NCBI RefSeq assembly: GCF_001194135.2
Contig: NC_068984.1
Location: 31,642,405 to 31,675,404, forward strand
Length of the DNA: 33,000 nt
Origin: Octopus bimaculoides
Lineage: Eukaryota
Direction: 5' to 3'
The notes under the pieces were generated by a model that ran no database searches, had not been told where the DNA came from, and saw only the letters and a program-made list of their open reading frames with translations. Each line of letters begins with the position of its first letter. Position 1 is the first letter of the stretch. Positions 1 through 11,712 of this stretch are shown in pieces. Made by a program: the position numbers and the translations under genes.

Positions 1-155
1 TCACATTCTGTGTCACGCCGAGTTTCACTGAGAATTACGTTAAGAGTACACGTGTCTGTGGAATACTAAGCCACTTGCACGTTAATTTCACGAGCAAGCT
101 GTTCCGTTGATCTTATCAGCTGGGACCCTCGTCGTCGAAACCGACAGAGTGCTCC
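1..155 (+). mobile_element. SINE fragment (3' part), cut by the window edge
   Basis: gtacacgtgtctgtggaatactaagccacttgcacgttaatttcacgagcaagctgttccgttgatc...gtcgtcgaaaccgacagagtgc resembles a common octopod SINE body (recalled, not searched). Confidence 0.45.
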
Positions 156-1559
156 TTGATCTCACACACTGAACCACACACATGCGCACAGACAAACAAC
201 AGAGTCAACAACTATCGAAAAGGTTGTTAGACGCAACAAAAATTTTAGAAAAATAAATGAGTGGAAATTTTACCGGTGTATGTGTTGATTTATAAGTCAT
301 TAAAAGAAAATGAATCTCCCCAGACACAACAGAATATGCTTCAACACACGAACTCACATAATGAATCTTGCAACCCAAATCCCAAAACGAAATATCTCTT
401 CAAATTTTCTCCCTAATCCAAACAGATGATAACTGAGCATGTGTTGATATAGCTATGAAACATGTCAGTCTCTTTTACATCATTGTTGTGCCCATTAAAC
501 TTTTATATGTTCCAGATTTGAGAAACCATTTTACCTGCTTGTTGCTGAGAAACATAATTTAGAGTACAGGAGACCTTAGGTACCCTCTCTAAGAGCAGTA
601 TCTTAAAATAACAAAGTAGATTTTAGAAGTCCTTCAGTAATAATTATAAATTCGAAACATGTCATCAGCATCAAATTCAATTATGCACTTCTCGCAACCC
701 TTAAGAACATCTTCACGAAATTTTCTTTTTCATAGTAAAACATACACGAAAGAAAAAAAGAATAAAATTTTGTTGCAGCTTATTGATGTTTTCCAAGGAA
801 AGTGCTGTCATAGCTAGGACACCTTAGTAGTGGCCTTATTAAATTGTTTAAACTGGATCTTGTAGTACCTCTTCATATATCTTCTACTGAAGCTGCTGTT
901 CATTAATTGCAATTAACGATGGCATTTCAGAATCCTGTAGAGATTTGAAACTCACATGAATTACTTGAAACGAAAAACGATTATGAATTATTTAGAAACG
1001 AAGGCTATGATTCTTTAGGAAAACGTAAAGATGAAACGTGATGGATTTTGTGACCACGTTTCGAATCTTCCATATATCACACATAAAACAAATTATCTCA
1101 CCCTTCAACCACAATTAAATTGTTCAAAAAAAAAAAAAAAGAGAGAGAGAGAGAATTCAAAAAGAATAACGAATTCACAATTGTTGAAACCAGTAAATGC
1201 AGAGCAGTTACATGTATAGATACCGAATAGTTTTAAAATTTTATTTTATTTATGCTAAAACGAATAAAAGTAATTTAAATATGAAATATAAGGATATGAT
1301 TAGTAAAAACTTGCAAAAGCAACAGAACATAAAAGGCAAAAGAACATATGAAAAAATTCACAAGTATATGTATTAACATTACGTTACAGAATGACTTAAA
1401 CTTGGAGCTAATAATAATAGTTGTTCCAACAAGGGAAATTAATTTCCTGGCTTATGTTTTAGACACCTTAAATAAACTATTCCTTAGGCACATGAAACCA
1501 TCTAGATATACTGAATCACTTTCTGAAAAAGGTCAATGATAAATTATTTTCTGAATCTT

Positions 1560-2900
1560 TAGGTGTAAGGATCATTATAGAAATATACCTCCTGACCATT
1601 GAATAGAAGCGATAAAATTCAGGCTGAAGACATTTGAAAATTATATTCCAGAACACTTCGAAAATTAATTAACTTAAAATTCAAAATTAATTCTGGAAAT
1701 ATTTTACCGACAAATATTTGTAACTGTAATAGGAAGTTCAGAAGCCTCAGCCTTCGTAAATTCAGTTATGGGATATATGGACATTAAACATAATTCAGAG
1801 TCGCTATAGAAATACAAAAACTTATTAATATATAAAAGAGGACCTAAAATGATTATTAGATAACTGTTCTATGAAACGGAATGATACCCTGGAGAAATTA
1901 CAAAAATTTTAAAATGTTACTTGATGAAAAGGATAATATAAAATTCATAATGGAATGCATTCCAAATAAAACTTCTTTATATATATTGTAATAATAAACA
2001 CTCATAGAAAACTTCAGTCACGAATAATATCCATAATTTACTATGTCACCTGAAGCACACTAGAACAAATATTACTTTTAATTTATCCTGAAGGTTGTAC
2101 TTGATTGTGTCCAATAAAGTACTCCTGATATGTATTTTAAGAACTTGAAGGTTCGCATACCAACATTGTCTACTATCCATAATAGAAGTTGGGATAAATG
2201 AGTCAAGACAATTGATGCTTAAATGTTAAAATAATAAAAAGAACTCTGGCCAAAATATGATTAATGTAATGTAATGTAATATAAAGCTGAAGCAACTTAA
2301 CACCAAATATACAGTGCGTGTGTTTTTATTGACTAAACTAGCAACATGACCATCCCCAAATAAAATAATTTACCCGAACTGAAAATATATCCACGTGTTT
2401 CCATTCATAACACTAGGAAATGAACCTAGAATATTACTTTCAAAATGTACCGGTACTGAAAAACGAATGCCTGTCTGCACATACTTTTATAAAATAATAA
2501 TACAACTAAAGCCATTAAAAATATCAACACATGCTTAATTATATTAATGGACAATTTAACCAAATGTTAAAAAAACTAAGTGATCCAAATGGAGAATATT
2601 GTTTTATTGTCCGATGGAGTCGCATCTCGTTTTAATCAAGGACGATGTTTCAAACTAAAAAAATTCGTCCATTTTTGAATCTGGAAAGCGAATTTTTGTA
2701 ACAGCTTGTTCAGGATGCGAAAGAGAATTATGTAGGAAAATTTAGAGTAACCTTAAAAAGGTAATGACAACACACACAGGAAACAATGTGCTCCTTCACT
2801 GGCGATAAACATTTGTGTACACATAGATACGTGCAAATTTAACCTTCCACAAAAATATTTCCCTTTATACCAGTGAAGTGATACATTGTCTGAACCATAG
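1560..2900 (+). pseudogene. Highly degenerate DDE transposase relic (possibly Sola2-like)
   Basis: Frameshifted peptides VIQMENIVLLSDGVASRFNQGRCFKL (~2580-2660) and later FVTACSG / YVGKFRVTLKR loosely match the SDG-x-ASQF and HGKG-x-DG-x-GG-x-x-KR motifs. Many stops; limits approximate. Confidence 0.3.
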
Positions 2901-3269
2901 TGGATCTATAAAGAAGAATGTCAACTATGTTCCAATATGTATAATTAATCGTTGTTTTACTATTTAGCTGATTGATATGCGTCATTATTTTAACTGAAGG
3001 ATGGTAAATGTTTCCTTTTTCTTTCCTCTCATGTAACCGTTAAAAACATCTATTCCCGCCCGCGTAGCTGTTAACATATACTGTGAAATTATAATAATAT
3101 AGTTAATTACACATCCATGATCACATTTAAAGAATGAAACCGGTGGGAAACATGTTTATCATGAATTTTCATCGAAAATATTTAAATTATTTTTCACTCT
3201 GTCTTTCATCCGCTGTTACATTCTACATTTCTTTCTTGAACTCCCACTCTGTATATATACAATATATAT

Positions 3270-3460
3270 ATCGCAAATTACAGAAAACAAAATACGAAGA
3301 CAGGAGAAAGAAGAACAAGCAGGTTTATTAGTTTAACGTTCGAGAAGAATGGAAAAGCCTCTGACGTTTCGAGCCTACGCTCTTCGACAGAAAGGACTGA
3401 GAGGAAAAATGGAGGGAGATTGAATAGAAAAGTGGAGAGAGAAAAATGATGAAATATATA
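3270..3460 (-). mobile_element. (TA)n-embedded short repeat, Penelope-like terminal/non-autonomous unit, copy 1
   Basis: Aligns by eye with 5608-5810 (ttacagaaaa...acgaagacagg...gaacaagcagg...acgtttcgagcctacgctcttc..cagaaagga). Flanked by TA/CA microsatellite and contains a GAAACGT hammerhead-like motif. Confidence 0.6.
3358..3395 (-). ncRNA. Minimal type-I hammerhead ribozyme-like motif (variant core)
   Basis: Minus-strand RNA CCUUU-CUGUCGA-A-GAGC(GUAG)GCUC-GAAAC-GUC/AGAGG: helix I 5 bp including one G-U, helix II 4 bp, palindromic ACGU helix III. Confidence 0.5.
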
Positions 3461-3478
3461 TATATATACATGATGAAA

Positions 3479-3520
<42 letters not shown>

Positions 3521-3521
<1 letters not shown>

Positions 3522-3910
3522 TCTTTTATTCTTTTATCCTCTTAATTGTTTCAATCATTTGACTGCAGCCATGCTGGAGCACTGCCTTTCAGTCGAACAA
3601 ATCGACCCCAGGACTTATTCTTTGTAAGCTTAGTACTTATTCTATCGGTCTATATTGCCGAACTGCTATGTCACGGACATAACCACACCAACATCATTTG
3701 TCAAAAGACACACGCATAAGCACACACACACACACACACACTTATACGACGAGCTTCTTACAGTTACCGTCTCCCAAATCCACTGATAAGGCTTTGGTCG
3801 ACCCGAGACTATTTTAGAAGACACTTGCCCAAGGTTCCACGCAGTGTGGCTGAACCCAAAACCATGTGGTTGGGAAGCAAGCTTCTTACCATAAAGCCTC
3901 ACCTACGCCT
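3521..3910 (-). mobile_element. tRNA-derived composite SINE (CORE-like body, internal (GT)n)
   Basis: Minus-strand head aggcgtaggtgaggctttatggtaagaagcttgcttcccaaccacatggttttgggttcagcc (A/B-box-like), then ccttgggcaagtgtcttc, a microsatellite, ataagtcctggggtcgatttgttcgac and an aagaataaaagaa-type tail. Confidence 0.75.
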
Positions 3911-3929
3911 ATAACGTTGATATTTTGAC

Positions 3930-3931
<2 letters not shown>

Positions 3932-4011
<80 letters not shown>

Positions 4012-4097
4012 CACAGACAGACAGATAGAGACAGAGACAGAGAGACAGGGAAACAGATAGACAGAGAGACAGAAACAGAGGGACAAAGAGAGAGAGA
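3932..4097. repeat. (GA)n/(GACA)n compound microsatellite
   Basis: Directly visible tandem repeats. Confidence 0.95.
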
Positions 4098-4104
4098 ATG
4101 ACTT

Positions 4105-5146
4105 CGAGAGTAGAAAAAGCCATCAACAATGCAGAGATTATTTAGAAATTTTAAATCACATTCATATTCCAGGATCTCGTCTCTTAGAACTAATGAAACA
4201 AGAACAAAAGAAGCGGAAAAGTTTCATACGTATTATAGTCGTAGTTGACTGCATGTTGATAATAAGACGATTTAAACTGCCTACCAAGATTAAACCCAAC
4301 ATTTTCCTTGGTCACCATGTTTTGGTTGGAAAACATTCTTGCCATACATTCATCCCATAAACAGTCATAGTTAACAGTCATTTGACGTATATAAAATATT
4401 TAATAGTAGTTCTGTCATTGGTACAAAGTTCAGTTTTCCTTCCTGTTGTTAATAACTTCCAAAATTCAATTATCTTCTTGTCGTCCCCGTGAAATGTAAC
4501 CGTGTTGATATTTTTTAAGTTCTGGGAAAATGTGTTAAGACGCAATGGGTATTATATCTAAGGGACGTGAATCTATAATAAATAAATGTACTATATTTTC
4601 CATTAAAAAAATCTCCACATTGTTGATGCTTTTGTCTAGCCTTATTTAAATACATAATGCCTCTTAACAGATTTGCTCAAGACTAAAAGAAAAAAAAATC
4701 AATACAATTACGCCTTGGTGGGACGACGAGAAAATAATTGAATTTCACAGGTTACCAACAACAACAAGGCGACGGACAAGAAATGAATTTTGAACCACAC
4801 GCAGAAAAACCATTAAAAATTGTTTACGCCAGGTGATTGCTGATAAAGACTGTTCGGGAAGTACGGATCGTAATGAGAAAGATATTTTCTAAATATGATG
4901 ACGTGATCACTGAAGATGTAGGCTGTCTCAATTGACATCAGATTTAAATTTCTTTTCCGTTGATCATAGTGCGTTCAACCTCGACTAAACTAGCTTTGAA
5001 AATGTCTCAAGTATATCTTAATTTCTTTTTCACAATGTTTAAGTTTTGTGAGCCCGAAATACTAACAGGCTGACAAGACTGTCATTCATTTAAAATAAAG
5101 AAAAGGAAGAAAAATATTCTCTGTATTGAGAATTTAAATACACTCG
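4105..5146. repeat. Old ~1-kb imperfect palindrome (fold-back element or inverted duplication)
   Basis: 4462-4487 and 4720-4745 are reverse complements at 24/26. Gapped complementarity can be followed outward to about 4105/5146 and inward to about 4560/4640. Confidence 0.65.
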
Positions 5147-5388
5147 CATGCACCCCAAAATCTATCCGTTTCTTTCTCTCTCCTGTCTATATCTAAGTCT
5201 CTATCTTATCCTCATTTCTCTCTTTATATATCTATATCTATTTGTATTTGTTTAATGAGAGAGACGGAAGATGGAAGATACGAGAATTTTTATTAATCAC
5301 TACATTTGTTACGAACCATCTAGCATCGATCCCCTACAGGTGGGATACCTAATAACTGGTTTAGGAGCATCCATCGGTGTAAATCTAT

Positions 5389-5560
5389 ATGTATGTGTGT
5401 ATGTATGTATGTATGTATGTAGGTTTGTATGTATGTATGTATGTATGTATGTATGTATGTATGTATCTATCTATCTATCTATCAATATATATNNNNNNNN
5501 NNNNNNNNNNNNNNNNNNNNNNNNNNNNNNNNNNNNNNNNNNNNNNNNNNNNNNNNNNNN

Positions 5561-5600
<40 letters not shown>
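5389..5600. repeat. (TATG)n/(TATC)n/(TA)n microsatellite spanning an N gap (5493-5560)
   Basis: Directly visible. Confidence 0.95.
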
Positions 5601-5603
<3 letters not shown>

Positions 5604-5607
5604 TATA

Positions 5608-5810
5608 CAGTAGAAATTTACAGAAAAACAAGAAACGAAGACAGGTGTATGAACAAGCAGGTGAATTAGTTTGACGATCGGGAAAGTGAGAAAGTCTTTT
5701 ACGTTTCGAGCCTACGCTCTTCAACAGAAAGGATTACGAGAAGATAAACATACAGAGAATTAAAAAAATTGTCGATTTAGCGGTCAAGCATGGCGATATA
5801 TAAAGTAACA
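5608..5810 (-). mobile_element. (TA)n-embedded short repeat, Penelope-like terminal/non-autonomous unit, copy 2
   Basis: Homologous to 3270-3460 and begins immediately after a (TA)n tract. Confidence 0.6.
5696..5732 (-). ncRNA. Minimal type-I hammerhead ribozyme-like motif (variant core)
   Basis: Minus-strand RNA CCUUU-CUGUUGA-A-GAGC(GUAG)GCUC-GAAAC-GUA/AAAG: helix I CUUU:AAAG, helix II identical to copy 1. Confidence 0.5.
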
Positions 5811-6222
5811 AGAAGATGGATTTAGTATTAAACTATATTCTGAACAACGTTCGTTTCGAATCACCCTACTATTGTCCCTTATGTGTGGTACTGTTCAACT
5901 TGTGTTTTTATCCATTTTGCAGTCTGCGTTTCATCAAGTAAATCTATAGATAAAGTTTCGTCTCACTAAAGATCTTGAGTGTCGGCTGTCATGTTGTTTG
6001 TTATATGCCCGACTAGTTAGGGAATGAACAAAATGCAAACAAGACTCCAGAAACGCATAAATTCAAATATGAACGTGGAAATCTCGCGTTTTTCTCTAGA
6101 AAAAATGACTTAATCAGCTTCCGCTTTAATAACTGCTTAGAAGGAAAAGAAAGTAGAAGAAAAGAAAGAAGAAGGAAAAATAAGAAAAACAGGAAAACGA
6201 ATACTTAGCCAAACAGGTTTGT

Positions 6223-6271
<49 letters not shown>

Positions 6272-6807
6272 AAACACAGTTACTTTATTCCACACGGGTA
6301 GAAATATAGGGTAATATAAGTTTTAAATGCACTGAGAAAAGTAAAATAGTTTGTATTAATATATTTAAAGCTTTTTATATTTAAAGTAAACGGTTTCACA
6401 CTTTACACTGATTTTAAAAAGTTCAAATAGAAAGACATGTCTTATGTCGCAGCTGTCTTGCTTCTGAGTAGTCTTTGAAGTTTGCCCTATTTTTATAGTA
6501 TAATAGGAGGAGTATATCTTTGTTTTTGGCACATAACAGGTCAGAAAATTATCATTAGTTTCGCGTATACTAATGCACTAAGTAATACAGACAATACATC
6601 AGACATGTTGACTGGAAACACGTGTCCTCTTCACTGATAGAGGTAGATATAGCGTCTTGGTTAGTTTAAAAGGAAAAACTGGAGTGGAAAGCTTTTCTAA
6701 TGAATCGTCTATGTTGCCAAGTGCAAGAAACCAGTAGTAACTTTCTGGCTGGTTGTTTGTCATCACCAAGCTTATACAACTGGACAACACAAATGTTATG
6801 TATGCTT

Positions 6808-6859
6808 CTGTGTGTGTGTGTGTGTGTGAAATGTGTGTCTTTGTATGTGTATGTGTATA

Positions 6860-6909
<50 letters not shown>

Positions 6910-6935
6910 ACTATGTGTGCGTATGTATGCGCGCG
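6808..6935. repeat. (GT)n microsatellite
   Basis: Directly visible. Confidence 0.95.
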
Positions 6936-7465
6936 TGAAAAGCAGTAGGAATAAAACAGGTTCGTATTTCGCGTAACTTCGAAAACCACCACTATTCGAG
7001 TTACAATACACATTTGTATTTTTGCAGAGGAAAGCAGGATATATGCACAAGGAGTACCACATTTTTTCTCGAAATAATGATCGTATCCAGGCTTTATAAA
7101 CATTTGAAATAAGTATATTTTCTTCAATGTATGCGTACCCTGCTTATTTGCATTATACTACACTCTGCTAACTTATTTTATACCAATGTATATACTCAGA
7201 AATATAAATGATTCCTATTTTTTAGATGTCTGCTGAAGTTATTAAACTATAAATATATTCTCGCTGCATATACGAACTGTCTAGATTGTTAACCTGTCTC
7301 CAGAATGTAATATAGTTCGATGTTTTGGCTTGTATGTATGCATACATAGAGACATATACATACATACATGCATACATACACATGCATATATATGCTTGTG
7401 TGTATATGTATGTGTGTGTGCGCGTGTGTGTGTATTCTACATATATTTGTATACATGTAGAAGAC

Positions 7466-7537
7466 ACTGTTTTAGTTTAATTGGTAGCTCCTCTGACTGG
7501 GCTGCCGAAGATGCATTGTTCGAATCCCAGCGAAAAT
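7466..7537 (+). pseudogene. Degenerate tRNA-like sequence or isolated SINE head
   Basis: A-box-like TAGTTTAATTGGTAG (7473) and B-box-like GTTCGAATCC (7518) at tRNA spacing, but the stems pair poorly. Confidence 0.3.
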
Positions 7538-8728
7538 TTCCCGTTTCCCTTGCAGTATTTTAACTTAAATTATAAGCTATTATTTATAGCTGACATCGCT
7601 CCAAAATCATCGCTTATAAAATCACACACACACATATATGCACGCGCGCATACACCCACATATCAACGTATACTGCTTTCACTTTTGTACTCGATTTGTA
7701 TAGACCTTAATGTACAATCGTGAGTTAAATAATTTTGCACTCTAGGATGGCTATTCTGCAAATTAAACATATACTGCAGAGAACGGAGGTGCTGTATTAA
7801 TCAACTAATTAGTGAATTACTATAAACATTTATTTACAAGAAAGAAAATTACCGGAGGGCTTTCATCTTCTTCTTCGAAATCTCTCTGTTAAAGTTATAT
7901 TGAAACCATTTCTTTGGAATTTTTTTTTTTTTTACAACTGCTCGCACACCACAAAATGTAATGGAATTTACTGAAGTAGGCCAGCAAAACGTCATTTCAT
8001 ACCCTTATGCCATGTTATCGATGTCATGTCGCTGGTCCGTCACTCAATTCTAATCTAAATTATTTTGTCTAATTTTCATAAAATATGATAATGTATTTTC
8101 CGTGTTTTGGGATTTCTAAATTCTATACTACGTTCGTGTGTAGTTTTAGCTGTGGGTACCTTTGGATACAGTGGTGAGTGTTAATGTATATGTACGGAGG
8201 ACAGATGAGTTTGTTTTACAAGTATTTTCGTTTAATTTTTCATTATTTGTGCACATATATGTCTACATGAATATTCAAATATAGTTGATGATAAAATATA
8301 CTTATAAATATACATTTACATATGCAGTACAGTTCAAAAGATACGTCAAAAGGTGTCATGCGTTACCAAACGTTTTCAGCGACGCATATCAGTTCTACAC
8401 TCAACTTTTATCATTAATGTGGTTAAAGTGTCTTCCTAACTCCTAAAAGGCGCGAAACTGGAGTCCATGCGCTAAATATATAGAAAAGAGACGCAGAAAA
8501 CATAGTCGATATTATGCGTTATATGCTGACCTATGATATTTGTTTACGTAACTAGGAGTTATGTTCCCGTAATTGGTGCCTGGCCATCTCAAAAATCAGG
8601 CGCATATTATATAAAGTACAAATACTGACTATACTTTCTGAGTTTCTTTTCCACATACATACATACATACATACATACGTACGGACGGACATAGATGCGT
8701 CAGTGTGTATGTGTGTGTGCATATGTTA

Positions 8729-8972
8729 GAGAGCCCGTGAGATGGTGGTGAGTATGTTGCGCTCACTATCACAAGATCGTGGTTTCGATTACAGGACCGG
8801 ATAATTTGTTATATTGTCGAGCAAAACACGTCATTTCACTTGGCCCCAGTACACCTAAATCTAAATGAATAACCCTGTTTATAGGAAGCGTCGTTTGAAA
8901 GCTAACATAATGCAACGAAGCGTATTGTAACCAGCGGTGTAAAGCTACATTCGATAGTCAGGTCGATACAGT
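8729..8972 (+). mobile_element. Diverged tRNA-derived CORE-type SINE
   Basis: Head with B-box-like ggtttcgattac, core-like gagcaaaacacgtcatttcacttggccccagtacacc; the core is related to 16440-16660. Confidence 0.55.
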
Positions 8973-9029
8973 TATATATATACATATAGATTCATTCATA
9001 CATACATATATAAATTCTAGCTTATCTAT

Positions 9030-9432
9030 GTCAGATGTAGACATGATATTAACAGTACAAGAAACCGTTATTAATTACGACAACTACGGACGAGTTCAGA
9101 CAGAACGAATTCCTTCGATATACCAATGGGTTCGAGCAACTCAGCCCAGGTCACGGATATCGTAGGAATTTACATCTTATTCCACATCAACTTCTCATTC
9201 CCACAAATATTGGGTGGGGGATCTATACAGAGACAATGCCCCTTTCGTAATAGATGATTGTCCTAAAGAAGAAATAAAGAGATAGAAATAAAACCTGCAC
9301 AAATTATTTCAATAGTTCGGCCTATCTATAACCACAGACAGAAATTACCCCAAGGGAAATTTTCTAGATGCTACTTTCAACTTAGAGACAGGGATGTACG
9401 AACCATACTACAATCCGAACGTGTGTCTAAGA
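9030..9432 (+). pseudogene. Penelope-like element reverse transcriptase fragment
   Basis: Frameshifted translation FDIPMGSSNSAQVTDIVGIYIL...(G)LYRDNA...NFLDATFNLETGMYEPYYNPN matches the PLE RT motifs FDxxMGS / GLYRDD / NFLDVTFNL. Confidence 0.75.
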
Positions 9433-9449
9433 TACATAAATGTAAAGGG

Positions 9450-9944
9450 TGTTTCGGGTTGTATTTCTCTCTCTCTATATATATACGTATGTCTGCCTGT
9501 CTTTGTGTTTACAAAGCAGGAATGTATGTACCTACGTAATTATATATATGTGTGTGTGTAAGTATATGCATGTACACATGTGCATATGTGTATGTATATG
9601 CGCGCGAGTGTATGTATGTACATATATTCATATATGTGCATGTATGTGAGTGCGCGTACATATCCGTTTTTGTGTGAGTGTGGGTATATGCGCATGTATA
9701 TGTTTATGTATATGCGAGTATATATGTACATGCATACATACACACATACATATGTGTGTGTGTATGTATATATGTGTATAAGCGTGGGGATGCGCACACA
9801 AGTTTATGTGTATGCATGCGAGTGTAGGTATATTTATATACGTGTATGTGAGTGCGCGTACATATCCGTATATGTAAGTGTGCGTATATACGTGTGTATA
9901 TGTAGATGTATATATATTTATATGTATTTATGTATGTATGTACG

Positions 9945-9983
<39 letters not shown>

Positions 9984-10300
9984 NNNNNNNNNNNNNNNNN
10001 NNNNNNNNNNNNNNNNNNNNNNNNNNNNNNNNNNNNNNNNNNNNNNNNNNNNNNNNNNNNNNNNNNNNNNNNNNNNNNNNNNNNNNNNNNNNNNNNNNNN
10101 NNNNNNNNNNNNNNNNNNNNNNNNNNNNNNNNNNNNNNNNNNNNNNNNNNNNNNNNNNNNNNNNNNNNNNNNNNNNNNNNNNNNNNNNNNNNNNNNNNNN
10201 NNNNNNNNNNNNNNNNNNNNNNNNNNNNNNNNNNNNNNNNNNNNNNNNNNNNNNNNNNNNNNNNNNNNNNNNNNNNNNNNNNNNNNNNNNNNNNNNNNNN

Positions 10301-10351
<51 letters not shown>

Positions 10352-10460
10352 GTATGTGCATGTGAATGTATATATGTGTGTGTGTGTAAGTACGTGCATG
10401 TGAATGTATATATGTGTGTGTGCGTGTGTATGTGTGTGTGTCTGTTTGTGTGTGTGTTTA
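9450..10460. repeat. Cryptic purine-pyrimidine (TG/TA/CA) low-complexity tract with N gap 9984-10300
   Basis: Directly visible; it accounts for the long CV/YI/HT ORFs in the track. Confidence 0.9.
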
Positions 10461-11712
10461 CAAAAAGTTTTATAACATATACATTATATAACGTAGGAAA
10501 TCATTCGTGTATAGGTATATTTATGTTTATGTCAGTGTGTGCGTATGTGCACATGTGTATGAGGGGGTGTTTATGTGTATAGATTTATACTGTGTTACGG
10601 AATATACCAACAGATATTAGCCCACACTATGTTGTGACAAATGTCTTTATATGATATATAAAGACAACATTTATATGCAGTTACTTCATCGTTAAAATAA
10701 GATCTGTGAAACAAACCAGTATCAAACTGGAATTGCATCATTCGCTGAGTTCTCTCTATAACTGTCCACAGCACATCGCTTTTAAAATTTTCTATGGCTA
10801 AGGATTTCAGTAAATCAAGTAGATTAATTTAGACATGTAACATATTGTTACCACCTAGTTCGATTAATTCATTATTGGTGTGTTAATTGTGTTAATTGTG
10901 TAGAGATATTCTGTAGCACGGAATACCTCTGTAGAATTTAAGTAACACCGTATGTACAGAGAGATTTAAATAACTTGTTTCTATGCACAATGTAAGTCAT
11001 TCAAACCGATTTGCGTAAGCCCTCAGTATAGTGCCTTCATAACTAAAGTATTAACTTCTACTGTTGACTAAAATTTAAAGTATAGCATTGAGAGCAAACA
11101 TGCTGAATGCACTAGTAATTTGTTAACTGAGCTGGTTGCCATGAATAATTTATAAATCGTACCAGAATCAACCTATTCGATTTATGTAAGCTCTAAGGAA
11201 CACTGAATTTATAAACAATGCATTTTTGGGCATTTAAATTGTGTACTCCATCGCTGTCGAAACCCCGACAATGTATAGATACTACTCACTCTGAGTCTTC
11301 ATTTTCTATCTGCGACATTTTCTATCTGCGAATATTATACTGTATATAAAAATGAGACAAGCGCACCGTGTTAATTTTAATCAAAAGATGCATTCTGTAA
11401 ATATATACTGGTGGAAACGAAACACTTTTAATGCAATAGTTACATGTATATACGTGTGCAGAATGTTGAACACAGTGACAAAATAAGACTGCTTATTTAA
11501 AGATGAAATGACTGGAGGAATGTGATAGTGCGTGTAATGACACCATTCCAATCATAGAGAAAATAGTAGCCTTTACTTTATCCGTGTCTGATCAAACAAT
11601 TTCTTTCATTGGTGGAAATACAGCGTAGTTGATTGGTGGAAATAAAAACACACCAAAGGATGTGTGTCTGTGGTGAAGTACATAGTTTATTCACTCTGAA
11701 TATTTACCTTAC

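Noticed and set aside
4100-4381. Open frames in both directions (GSRLLELMKQEQKKRK... and MTVNYDCLWDE...)
   Set aside because: They lie in one arm of the decayed palindrome, with no motif and no convincing splice pair.
9641-9869. 27-bp exact repeat at 202-bp spacing; also a ~39-bp tandem duplication near 10350-10420
   Set aside because: Local slippage duplications inside low-complexity DNA next to a gap; not spacer-repeat (CRISPR-like) architecture.
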